From Candidatus Babeliales bacterium (lineage in GTDB: Bacteria > Babelota > Babeliae > Babelales > JACPOV01): a stretch of 64,000 nucleotides of DNA. The notes under the pieces are model-generated. The model was not told where the DNA came from. It saw only the letters and a list, made by a program, of their open reading frames with translations, and ran no database searches. Shown one piece after another: positions 18,646-27,772 of this stretch. The number at the start of each line of letters is the position of its first letter. Position 1 is the stretch's first letter. A program made the translations under genes and the position numbers. The DNA lies in assembly GCA_050250855.1 (NCBI GenBank), contig JBFWNW010000001.1, positions 96,001-160,000 of the forward strand, written 5' to 3'.

Positions 18646-20172
18646 TTACGAATAAAAATTCCCGTGAAAATCAAAGGGTACTATATGCGGCAGGGTTGCA
18701 CGCGCAACCTCTTTCATAGTGTGTGCATTGAGTATAAGCAAGAATGATTGCTTTTTGCAACTATCTAATACAACGCTCAAAAGAACGCCGTCATCTTCAA
18801 GAGAACTGTTGGGCCTTGGCACAAAAATTGCTTCGCTGACAAAACAATCTTGTGCATGCCACGTGATTTGTTGTTTTGTTTGAGGATTATATTTCACGAT
18901 GGCATCTTGGTCTAGAGTAATGCCATAGATATATGAATATGATTTTCCTAGATACTGTTCATTAATACGAGGAGATTCAAAAATAACGTTATTGTTATGT
19001 ATATGCACATTTTTTGTTGCTGTATCGATATGTATTCTTTTAAAGTGAGCACCGTTAGTTGGTTGAGGATATTGCTTCATAATGTTCATTTTTTGGCCGT
19101 ATACAGCATGATAATCGGTATAGGCTGTCATATCTATGTAGAGATTATTTTCTTGCTCAAAGCAGTTTGCTATGTGGAAAAAGAAAAATGGTTCAACAGC
19201 ATAGGTGCCAACTTTTTTGCCATTGTGACGATTAATGATTATAAGTTCTGTTTTATTTTCTGGTTTCCAAACAAAATTATCAATAAATGCTTTGTTTGAG
19301 AACATAAGATCCATAGGGTTTACCACAAAAGGAATTACAACCATGATGATGTATTGATCTGTCATGCCAAAGCTGTGAATATAGGAAGGATATTTTGTTG
19401 TTAGTGAGCAGATTGTTGTGCGGCTGTAGCTGCCAGGTTCTAATTTGTAAATATGATAATTACTCGTGTTGCCGTATTGCGTCAGAATATTAAAAGTTTC
19501 GCCTGTTTTTTGATCTGTCAGTGGATGTGCTGTGCACAAATGGCCATCAAGTTTATCTTGAAATATAACTTTTTTTGAATCTAATGTTGCAAGATTAAAT
19601 GCTTTGTAGTAAGGAGTTTCGGTAATAGCGACAAATTCATTACCAACTTTGCTTACATTAATATTAGCATTGTCATAGATAGGGGCTTTGGTAAAAAGTT
19701 TACCAACAGCAGAAAGCCATGAACTTTTTTCACGCTCCTGAAAGGTGTTTGGTAAAGAACCACGTTTGAGCGCTTTGGTGCGATATTTTGTTTCAATAAA
19801 TTTATTTGCATAGGAAATAGTACCGTTACAGAAACTGAATTTATGTACCATGCCAAAACCGTCAAAAAAGTTACCAAAAGATTTTCCATTGAGGTCAAAC
19901 TGTCCTGGCCCCATACGCAAGAGCGTACCATTAAGCCAAGAAGGCATAGTCCCTTGGATGGTAAGATTATTAAGAACAACCTCTTGGGTTAGTGAGGTAA
20001 AGCCTAAGTTTCTTTGTGCTGCAGTAGCCTGGGAATTTGCCGGCTCTTGGTAAAATTGGTGAGCCTGTGCGCTAGGAGATTGGGGTTTAATGCTTTGTTT
20101 GCTGCCAAGAAAGTAATAGGCCATAAGAGCACTGCTGAGGGCAACGGCTATCAGGGTAAAACGTATTTTCAT
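18646..20172 (-). CDS. Carotenoid cleavage oxygenase (RPE65/BCO family) with N-terminal anchor
   Basis: GxLLRxGPG, FDGxG, four Fe-ligand His (TAHP, YIHSF, FFHIAN, FHG), SEAIFVP..EDDG. Confidence 0.92.
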   Translation of the reverse strand: MKIRFTLIAVALSSALMAYYFLGSKQSIKPQSPSAQAHQFYQEPANSQATAAQRNLGFTSLTQEVVLNNLTIQGTMPSWLNGTLLRMGPGQFDLNGKSFGNFFDGFGMVHKFSFCNGTISYANKFIETKYRTKALKRGSLPNTFQEREKSSWLSAVGKLFTKAPIYDNANINVSKVGNEFVAITETPYYKAFNLATLDSKKVIFQDKLDGHLCTAHPLTDQKTGETFNILTQYGNTSNYHIYKLEPGSYSRTTICSLTTKYPSYIHSFGMTDQYIIMVVIPFVVNPMDLMFSNKAFIDNFVWKPENKTELIIINRHNGKKVGTYAVEPFFFFHIANCFEQENNLYIDMTAYTDYHAVYGQKMNIMKQYPQPTNGAHFKRIHIDTATKNVHIHNNNVIFESPRINEQYLGKSYSYIYGITLDQDAIVKYNPQTKQQITWHAQDCFVSEAIFVPRPNSSLEDDGVLLSVVLDSCKKQSFLLILNAHTMKEVARATLPHIVPFDFHGNFYS

Positions 20173-20300
20173 TGATACTCCAAAAAGTTACTAATATTTT
20201 AAAAATGTACCATAAATAGATAAAAATGTCTAATTTTTACAAACTGAAATATTGCTTTGGTTGCCCCAGGTATGGTACTCTAAAGCAAAGGAGCGTAGTA

Positions 20301-20822
20301 ATGAAGAAGTTTATACTAGGTTTTTTAATAGCACTTTTTGCCGTTTTGGGACTTAAGGCCGTTCTGACGACCCATGTCCCCATAGAGGCATATTGGCCTA
20401 AAAGGCCTGAAGAGCCGGGGTATAAAGAACATACCCAAGCTCACGAGCATTTTTTGGGGGGTTTTGAGCGCAAGGGTGACGCTGCTTTGGAGTATGCGGC
20501 ATATCAAGGGTATGCGCCAGCTCAAAGGAAATTAGCCGATATCTATTTGCATAGAAAAAATATGCCACGCTTGGCGCTTAAATATTATACGTTAGCAGCA
20601 GATCAAGGTGATGTTATTGCTATGAAATCTCTTGCGGATTTATATTACGAAGATAAAAATTTTTCTAAAGCACTTGAATATTATGAAAAGCTTGCACCGC
20701 AATATCCTTCAATTTGGCAGCGTATTGCCGAGCTTCATTCAAAATTAGGTAATACCAAAAAGGCAGCAGAGGCTTTTACAAAGTTTGATGAAGTGCATAC
20801 GCATTATCATTGGCATAGATAA
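20301..20822 (+). CDS. Secreted Sel1-like/TPR repeat protein
   Basis: AAYQGYAPAQRKLA and AADQGDVIAMKSLA repeats; AAGGAG RBS. Confidence 0.8.
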   Translation: MKKFILGFLIALFAVLGLKAVLTTHVPIEAYWPKRPEEPGYKEHTQAHEHFLGGFERKGDAALEYAAYQGYAPAQRKLADIYLHRKNMPRLALKYYTLAADQGDVIAMKSLADLYYEDKNFSKALEYYEKLAPQYPSIWQRIAELHSKLGNTKKAAEAFTKFDEVHTHYHWHR

Positions 20823-20870
20823 TTTATCGTAAATTTTGCCTAAGAAAAATATATCTAAAGTTATACATCC

Positions 20871-21095
20871 CGTTCGTGGTGAGGGTTTTTCGAAGAAAAA
20901 TGTCTCGAACCATTCGAACTCAAAATTTAAAAATTTATATATTTTTTTAGGATTCCGTATGGTTTCCAGCCTTCGTCAAGACTTCGGCGGACAGGCCAAT
21001 TAACTCCCCCCGATCACCCCGAGTGCCGAGCTCTGCTCGGTGTATCGAGGGGCACGAACGGAATTAAAATAATTCTTAATAATTGATTGGTTTAT
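20871..21095. repeat. Composite palindromic repeat element with nested modules
   Basis: Left arm, spacer and right flank match 7320-7495; right arm carries a ~100-bp module matching 17713-17812 (inverted). Confidence 0.85.
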
Positions 21096-21131
21096 GGTTA
21101 TTAAAAATCCTTAGATCGAGTTTACGTTAGT

Positions 21132-21740
21132 TTATGCAATCAGAATGGTAAATGCAGTAATCAAAGCAGATAGAATAAGAGCAAACCCAAAGAGTGTGTT
21201 TAGTTTCCGTAATGTTTCTGGCAGCAGCGTAATTTTATAAAATTCTGTGATGAATGCTAAAACAAACCACCATGATGATGAACCAATAAAAACCCCAAGA
21301 ACCGGTGCAAAAAATGAAAAAAGTCCCCCTTGAATAGTAATGCCAAGCATAGCAAAGATTGCAATGAATGAGATAATGAGCGTTGGATTAGCCAACGTTA
21401 ACAATAAAGTAGAAATATATGCTTGTGGTAGATCGCGTGACCAACTTGGTAGAGGACGTGGCGGTTTTGAAAAGATAATTTTTAAACCAAGGAGAGCAAA
21501 AAAGAGTGCAGCTCCTATACGAATTGCAACAGTATGTTCAACTAAAAAGGTGTAGAAAAATCCAAGACTCGTTAAAGCAAGGGATGAATAAAGAATGTCA
21601 GCACTCGAAGAGCCAAGCCCCGAAGCCAAGCCCATAAGTGCACCTTGAGAAAGCATTCTGCGCAAGCAGATAATGCCAATTGGTCCTACAGGAAAAGAGA
21701 TGCATGCTCCCGCTAAAATTCCTTTTAAAAAATTGATCAT
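21132..21740 (-). CDS. LysE family translocator
   Basis: PVGPIG, GLGSSSAD, TLANP motifs; about 6 TM. Confidence 0.88.
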   Translation of the reverse strand: MINFLKGILAGACISFPVGPIGIICLRRMLSQGALMGLASGLGSSSADILYSSLALTSLGFFYTFLVEHTVAIRIGAALFFALLGLKIIFSKPPRPLPSWSRDLPQAYISTLLLTLANPTLIISFIAIFAMLGITIQGGLFSFFAPVLGVFIGSSSWWFVLAFITEFYKITLLPETLRKLNTLFGFALILSALITAFTILIA

Positions 21741-21752
21741 GGCTTTTTACTT

Positions 21753-22142
21753 TTACTCCGCTGGTTGGTTTATATAAAAAAGATTGCCATATAAATCTTT
21801 AATCGTAAATCCTGTTCCCCAATCTTCTGTTTTTGGCTCACTTACTATGATAACGCCTGCATCTTTGAACGCTTGAAATGTTTTATGTGCGTCATCAGTT
21901 TCCAAGCAACCTATGCCAAAATTGCCACCTTGTTTACCAATTTGTTCAAAACCTTCTTGCGTTTCTGGTTTTAAAAGGCAAAATTCCATAGTTTTATTGC
22001 CCTGAGGGTTTACGGTCAGCCAACGCATAGTACCAAAATTTGCATCAGTATGCAGTTCAAAACCAAGTTTTTTGGTATAAAATTGTAATGCTTCTTCTTG
22101 ATCTTTTACTAAAATGGTAATATGAGTAAGTTTTTTAATCAT
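21753..22142 (-). CDS. VOC/glyoxalase family protein
   Basis: HITILVKDQEEALQFYTKKLGF; WG..F.IKDLYGN. Confidence 0.9.
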   Translation of the reverse strand: MIKKLTHITILVKDQEEALQFYTKKLGFELHTDANFGTMRWLTVNPQGNKTMEFCLLKPETQEGFEQIGKQGGNFGIGCLETDDAHKTFQAFKDAGVIIVSEPKTEDWGTGFTIKDLYGNLFYINQPAE

Positions 22143-22178
22143 GGAGCCCCTTTGCTGTTTTCAAGTTAGCATGAGTAC

Positions 22179-22958
22179 GTGATTATTAGTATAGCACAAG
22201 TAAAAAAAAATAATATGATTAAAGGTGAAGATGTGGATTTTCTTAGTGCTTCAGTTTCGTTGCTTATGGGATTATTTCTTTCGTCTAAACCTACTTCTGT
22301 TACGTTAACCCAGGTATTAAAAGAACATATTAACGAACAAAGCATTGTGGAAAAAATTATGTTTATGAACGAGCTCAATGCTATCAAAGATGAATATGCT
22401 CAAAAACAAGAAATTTTTTATAGAGAAGATACTGCTGTCTATAAAAACCAACAATCTTTTTGGTCTTTACCGGTAAAAGTGTTGCAAGGAAAAAAAACTT
22501 GGTGGCTCGATGTTTACTTTTATACTATCCCCGCATGTAATATTAATAAAGATATGGTCATTGCTCTTGAAAAAAAAATAATAAAACTAACTGGAGATGA
22601 TTATATCTATGCAAAACGGTTATTAATAAGTAAAGAAGGAAAGAGTGAGCCTTTTGATTATATAGATTTTATGTATTATCAAGATAATGTACATGCTGAA
22701 GATGACCCAGAGATTTTTCCCTTTACAGTCTCAATTGATGGCAAACAGGTTTTTTATGTAAAAACAGTAGCTCATGAAAAAAGAAGGCAGCTGTCCTGGC
22801 GTAAAAAAGAGAATAATACTTGGTTAAAATATCAGCGGTTTTATTTACCGCATGATGATGAATATGTTGATATAACTTTTATGGAACATTGCAATAAAAT
22901 TGTTCTTTTAAAAAAAGATGAAAGCTTTAAACTGATTGCATTGGATGAACCTGAGTAA
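22179..22958 (+). CDS. Hypothetical protein (start uncertain)
   Basis: 259-aa open frame in an AT-rich region. Confidence 0.5.
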   Translation: MIISIAQVKKNNMIKGEDVDFLSASVSLLMGLFLSSKPTSVTLTQVLKEHINEQSIVEKIMFMNELNAIKDEYAQKQEIFYREDTAVYKNQQSFWSLPVKVLQGKKTWWLDVYFYTIPACNINKDMVIALEKKIIKLTGDDYIYAKRLLISKEGKSEPFDYIDFMYYQDNVHAEDDPEIFPFTVSIDGKQVFYVKTVAHEKRRQLSWRKKENNTWLKYQRFYLPHDDEYVDITFMEHCNKIVLLKKDESFKLIALDEPE

Positions 22959-23015
22959 ATTTCTACAAAAATTTTAAAAAGCCGAGGGTGCTATAGAAAA
23001 ATATTATTTATTATT

Positions 23016-23909
23016 ATGGTGGTTATGAAAAGGTATAAGCTGTTTATGCTCAGTATCCTTTTTTTTGAATGCTCTGCAGGTGGCATATTGAGTATATGTA
23101 CGGGAGCTTCAAGTCAAAATGCTCAAGCATATACAGAATCTATTTTTAGCTTACTACCACCCCCTATCAAAAATATAATTCTTATGTACATCTATGATGG
23201 CGAGCTTCGTGAGCGCGTACGTAGGAATAAAGATTATTATGTAGAAAGACAGTTAACCAGTAAGCAGCAGCATCTTTCAGAGCGATTTTTTTTACCAAAA
23301 ACGGTATCATATGGCTATCAAAATAAAAAGGAACGTGGTTTTTTTCCCAAAATTGAATCTCTTGCCTTAGTTGGCTGGGCAAAGCCGTATGATGTAAAAA
23401 TAATTAAGCATAAAGAATCTGATCCATCTATTTATTTAGATTATTATGAATCATCTAATAAATATGGATCTCTTTTTGGCGCTAATTATGGTACAAAAAA
23501 AGAAAAAATTAATCTTGAAGAATTGATAAAAACTTTCAGTTGTACCATGAAGCAACTGCAAGCAATAACTATTTCGCGCGATAAAAATAGCTTGTTTATT
23601 GTGTCTGATACAAAGAAAGAAGAACATCAGGAATATACTACCTTGTACATAGCGCACAGAGGAAACAATAAAGAGAGCTCTGTATGGAGCATTAAGCAGA
23701 TGGTGCATGTTCCTGTACCAAGTGATAGGTATACCGGTATTATGTATTTTGAGGAATTTGAAAATATTGGTTTATTGCATAGTGATGAAAAAACAGTTAC
23801 AGAAATTCCTTTGCTTGATAAACCAGTTGATATGAATAATCAAGATTTGCTTGCAAAGTTTTTGCATAAAAAAGGTGTATGTAAAGATCCGTTTGGCAAA
23901 AAGGAATAA
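23016..23909 (+). CDS. Secreted hypothetical protein with F-box-like N-terminal motif
   Basis: Signal peptide; IFSLLPPPIKNIILMYI; paralog of 23912. Confidence 0.65.
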   Translation: MVVMKRYKLFMLSILFFECSAGGILSICTGASSQNAQAYTESIFSLLPPPIKNIILMYIYDGELRERVRRNKDYYVERQLTSKQQHLSERFFLPKTVSYGYQNKKERGFFPKIESLALVGWAKPYDVKIIKHKESDPSIYLDYYESSNKYGSLFGANYGTKKEKINLEELIKTFSCTMKQLQAITISRDKNSLFIVSDTKKEEHQEYTTLYIAHRGNNKESSVWSIKQMVHVPVPSDRYTGIMYFEEFENIGLLHSDEKTVTEIPLLDKPVDMNNQDLLAKFLHKKGVCKDPFGKKE

Positions 23910-23911
23910 GA

Positions 23912-24747
23912 ATGAAGTTTAATAGCGCATTGTTAATGCTCCTTTGTTTTTTTACAAGTTATGCTGGCATTGGAAATAGTACTTTACAAAAAAAAGATCC
24001 TTATAATGAATCTATTTTTAGTACGTTGCCTATTTCTATCAGAAACAGGATTGCTTACTTTTGTTATTGCAATGAACTCAAGGAGCGGGCTCGTAAAAAA
24101 AATGACTATAAAGTTTATTCTATTTTTTTCAAAAAAAGAAGTCCTGAACCATTTGACTATATGTATTTAATTAAGGACCGGTTTACCGAGCAGCAATTAT
24201 CAGAAAACTATCCTATTAAAAAATATATTAAGAGCGAAAAAAAACTAATAGATTGTCCAAAAATTATTTTAGTTAGTCTTGTTGGTTGGTGGATAGATGT
24301 TGGAAGAACAAAATTAATTAGTGCTCAAGTATCATCGATAAAAGAGCAACGAGATCTTTGTATAGATTATGGTCGATATAAGAAGGCGGATATTATACCA
24401 GTTGAGGAGGTGCTGAAAGATTTTAAAGTTACTATGTCGCGGGTGCGGGCAGCAACAGTGTCGCGAGACAGAAAGCGTCTCTTTGTTGTAGCAAGAAAAT
24501 CTATTGAAGATCTTACCTTGTATGGAATGAAAAAGACAAAAGACGAGAAACAAAAAGAAGAATGGCATCTTGAATCTATAAAACCATGCCCTCTGCTTAT
24601 TAATGATTCCTATATTGATAGTATGTATTTTGGGGAATTTAAGTCTATGGCTTATTGCATAAAGATGGCATAACAGTTACCGATATTTCTTATTTATTTG
24701 CGAAGTTTTTGCACAAAAAAGCTGTATGCAAAGATCCATTTAAATGA
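23912..24747 (+). pseudogene. Paralog of 23016..23909 with a frameshift near the 3' end
   Basis: The homologous C-terminus GLLHKDG..FAKFLHKKAVCKDPFK* continues in another frame from about 24649 to TGA at 24745-24747. Confidence 0.7.
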
Positions 24748-24749
24748 AA

Positions 24750-25019
24750 TTATTCTTCATCACTTTTTTGTATTGTATTGTCATGAATCTCGGAAAGAGT
24801 ACGCTCTATTGAAAATTTTTTGCGAATATCAAGATAAACTTTTATGTTAAGAACTGATTCGGTTCCAATTTTTTCTAATGTTTCTAAACTAGCAGGAATA
24901 AAAGGACACAGATCATTTGCCAAGGAATTTTTAACAGTAATAGAGCAAAATAACAAGAATAATGCTGCAATTTTGAACATAACAATTCCTTTAGGTATTA
25001 TTTTCATTACTTTTATCAA
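24750..25019 (-). CDS. Small hypothetical protein (possible signal peptide from ATG about 24980)
   Basis: MFKIAALFLLFCS hydrophobic stretch. Confidence 0.35.
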   Translation of the reverse strand: MIKVMKIIPKGIVMFKIAALFLLFCSITVKNSLANDLCPFIPASLETLEKIGTESVLNIKVYLDIRKKFSIERTLSEIHDNTIQKSDEE

Positions 25020-26214
25020 TAATATGGTAACAATTTCTTTGTAAGCGATTAAGATACTCTCTTAACTGTTGTTCTTCTTGCTTTGAAAAGCCTTCTAAAA
25101 TTTTTTGTTCTATGGCTTCTTTGGTGGGCCAGATTTGTGCAAGAAACAGTTCACCTTGTGCAGTAAGGGTAATGCCAGCATCTTTTTTTTCTATGAGTTT
25201 TTTTTCAAGAAGAGGTAGCAAGAACTCTTCTAGCTCTTTGCCAAATAAGGCAGTATCTTTGCTAATCTGTTCTGTGCTTATCACTTCATCGCACTTTAAA
25301 ATCATAAGAAGAATTATATGCAATCCAGAAAGATTGGTAATCGCTTTGATTGCTTTATCAAATGCTTGCTGAATGAGCTTTCCAGTAACGTTAATTTCAC
25401 GGCCAAGAGATGCTTGAATCTGTTTTTTTAACATAGTTAAAACCAATTTTAGTTTAAGTTCATAAAGTGAAATACCTGCGGCAATTCCTACATTTAATGA
25501 TTCTATACTACTGCTCATAGGAATTTGAATCAATGCATCTGCATTGTTTTCAATATCGGTAGAAATTCCTGCAGTTTCATTACCCACAACAAGCGCTATT
25601 GGCTTTTCTGGCAGCTCTAGATGAGCTTGTAACTGTGGTGCATGCGGGCTTGTTGCTATAACAAAATATCCTTTTTTATGTAGCTCTTGTATGGTTTGTA
25701 AAGGATTTTCAAAGCTTTGCCATTGCAAAGAAAATACCGTGCCGCGTGATGCATCAACCGTTTTGCGTGCAAAAATATCACTATCTTTTTGTGTGCAAAC
25801 AAGCGTGGTAATGCCAAATGCTTGTGCGGTGCGAGCAATAGTGCCAATATTTCCAGGATCAACAACATTATCAAGTACAACGATAAAATCATTATAAGCA
25901 GGTTTTTGATTCGTGCAGTGAACAATGGCAACAAGAGGAATGACGTAATTTTTTTCGGTCATTTTTTTCATAATGCCATCAGAGATGCGATAACAGGGAA
26001 TATTGTTTTCAAGGTAATTTTGTAATTGTGCATCGGGCACTAATGATGTTGCAAAGATTGCTTCTATGGGATTACTACTTTTTTGTGCCCATGCAATTGC
26101 TTGTGCATCATAAACTAAACATGCATTGGCTGCAGTACGATTTTTTAACGAGGTTAATGCACGCGCACGTTCAACAAGTTCATGTTTGATGGATGTTATT
26201 TCTTGAATGTTCAT
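24991..26214 (-). CDS. TrmH/SpoU RNA 2'-O-methyltransferase fused to a MarR-like winged-helix domain
   Basis: DPGNIGTIARTA, GNETAGIS, IPM..IESLNV; C-terminal ~145 aa with LTAQG and EGFSKQEEQQL. Confidence 0.82.
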   Translation of the reverse strand: MNIQEITSIKHELVERARALTSLKNRTAANACLVYDAQAIAWAQKSSNPIEAIFATSLVPDAQLQNYLENNIPCYRISDGIMKKMTEKNYVIPLVAIVHCTNQKPAYNDFIVVLDNVVDPGNIGTIARTAQAFGITTLVCTQKDSDIFARKTVDASRGTVFSLQWQSFENPLQTIQELHKKGYFVIATSPHAPQLQAHLELPEKPIALVVGNETAGISTDIENNADALIQIPMSSSIESLNVGIAAGISLYELKLKLVLTMLKKQIQASLGREINVTGKLIQQAFDKAIKAITNLSGLHIILLMILKCDEVISTEQISKDTALFGKELEEFLLPLLEKKLIEKKDAGITLTAQGELFLAQIWPTKEAIEQKILEGFSKQEEQQLREYLNRLQRNCYHIIDKSNENNT

Positions 26215-26855
26215 TTTTTTACCGCAATAATATCAAACGTATCATTATCTTTTTTTAAGTAATGAATAAAAAGTGGTTTTAATAGTTTATTAATTTGTTC
26301 TTCGGATAAAAAGGTCATGGATTGCATCATTGATGCAGAAAAATTTTTATTTTCTAGAGGAAACAAGTTTGCTATCAGAATACTACCAGGCTTTAAATGT
26401 TCAATAATCTGGTACCAAAGCTGAGTAAAAATTTCTGGTTTAACAAATGGTAATGAATAACTAGCTATAATTAAATCAAAGGTTGGTAAACTATGCCAAT
26501 CAATGCTTTCAAAATCTGTTTGAAGAAAAAAGAGATTTTTGCTGAGATTTTCTTTTTGTGCTTGTTCTTCAATTATTTTTCTTGATTTTTTTTGAGCATC
26601 AATCGCATATACTTTCCAGCCACGATCAAGCAAATAAAATGTTTCATGCCCGTTGCCTGCACCTAAATCCAGAGCAATACCAACTGAAGGTTGTAAACCA
26701 CTGAATGCTTTGAGCAACAAGGGTCTTACAGCGGCATCTTTATGTTCTTGATAATATTTTTTCCATGATGGCTTGCGATAGTAAAAATGATAGATGATGA
26801 AAAAAGTTGCAAGAGATACAAGAAGAATTACGATTGAAACTTGATATTTTTTCAT
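26211..26855 (-). CDS. Class I SAM methyltransferase (TehB-like) with N-terminal TM anchor
   Basis: ALDLGAGNG; FDLIIASYSLPF; LKPG. Confidence 0.8.
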   Translation of the reverse strand: MKKYQVSIVILLVSLATFFIIYHFYYRKPSWKKYYQEHKDAAVRPLLLKAFSGLQPSVGIALDLGAGNGHETFYLLDRGWKVYAIDAQKKSRKIIEEQAQKENLSKNLFFLQTDFESIDWHSLPTFDLIIASYSLPFVKPEIFTQLWYQIIEHLKPGSILIANLFPLENKNFSASMMQSMTFLSEEQINKLLKPLFIHYLKKDNDTFDIIAVKK

Positions 26856-26886
26856 ACTTGTGCTTTTTTCAAAGCCTTTAAAAAAA

Positions 26887-27030
26887 TGGCCGCGCCATAC
26901 AGCCTTCGCATAAAGCTACGGCGTACACGGGCCGAAGCCTGTCCGTTTTCACTTCGTTTCGATGTGACATCACGCCATAGCTATTAGGTCTTGCCCTACT
27001 ACGCCAAGGCTTCGAAGGGCATACTTCGCA
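26887..27030. repeat. Cluster of nested GAA/GTA hairpin repeat modules
   Basis: tggccgcgccatac (also at 27240), cttcgcataaagctacgg (cf. 17605), gccctactacgccaaggcttcgaagggc. Confidence 0.7.
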
Positions 27031-27111
27031 TTTTTCAATCAGAACCATTTTTCTTTTTTATTAATTATCCGATAAAGAAGCTGGCCTGCCATACGTAGCT
27101 TTAGCGAAGTA

Positions 27112-27202
27112 TGGAGGAGAGGGTGGGATTCGAACCCACGAGCCGCTCATCACGGCTAACGGTTTTCAAGACCGCCGCATTCGACCGCTCTGCCACCTCT
27201 CC
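27112..27202 (-). tRNA. tRNA-Ser(TGA)
   Basis: GGAGAGG acceptor stem, CT-TGA-AA loop, long variable arm, TTCGAA, encoded CCA. Confidence 0.95.
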
Positions 27203-27271
27203 AGGAATGTATCTAAAGTTTGCCGAGCCTGAAAAAGACTGGCCGCGCCATACGAAGCTTTTAGCGAAGTA

Positions 27272-27348
27272 TGGTGCGCCTGAAAGGAGTCGAACCCTTA
27301 ACCTTCAGATCCGTAGTCTGACGCTCTATCCAATTGAGCTACAGGCGC
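27272..27348 (-). tRNA. tRNA-Arg(ACG)
   Basis: GCGCCTG..CAGGCGC-ACCA; CT-ACG-GA loop. Confidence 0.95.
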
Positions 27349-27531
27349 ATCAAATTTTTTAACTATTTCAACTATTTTATAGAGAACTTAGTTTATTTCA
27401 AAATTTTTATTTTAACAAGCACAAATTACAGATGAAGACCTTTATGAGCGAAGTAAATTAAGTCGATTCATGCATAGCCTGGCTGTGCCGGCCGAAGTTT
27501 GCCGAGCCTGAAGGCCCGGATAAACGTAGGC

Positions 27532-27622
27532 TGGCGGAGAGAGAGGGATTCGAACCCTCGTGCCCCTTTTCAGGGACTCTTGCTTAGCAGGCAAGCGCTT
27601 TAGACCACTCAGCCATCTCTCC
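27532..27622 (-). tRNA. tRNA-Ser(GCT)
   Basis: GGAGAGA acceptor stem, CT-GCT-AA loop, long variable arm, CCA. Confidence 0.95.
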
Positions 27623-27772
27623 AGAAAATGTATACCTAAGGATAAAGGATTTGTCTCATTTGGGCAACTTTTTTTTGACCCTTAATCTCATAATTGTGTA
27701 ATTTCTTTTTTTCTTTGAACAATAGATTTATACTGCAAAGAAGGGTTTTATACGATAGGAAAGAAGGAACTT

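Noticed and set aside
27030..27111. tRNA-associated HDV-like (theta) ribozyme downstream of the tRNAs
   Set aside because: I could not build the nested double pseudoknot by eye; only simple hairpins are evident. A covariance search would be needed to exclude it fully
27111..27362. 83-aa ORF
   Set aside because: Antisense to tRNA-Ser and tRNA-Arg
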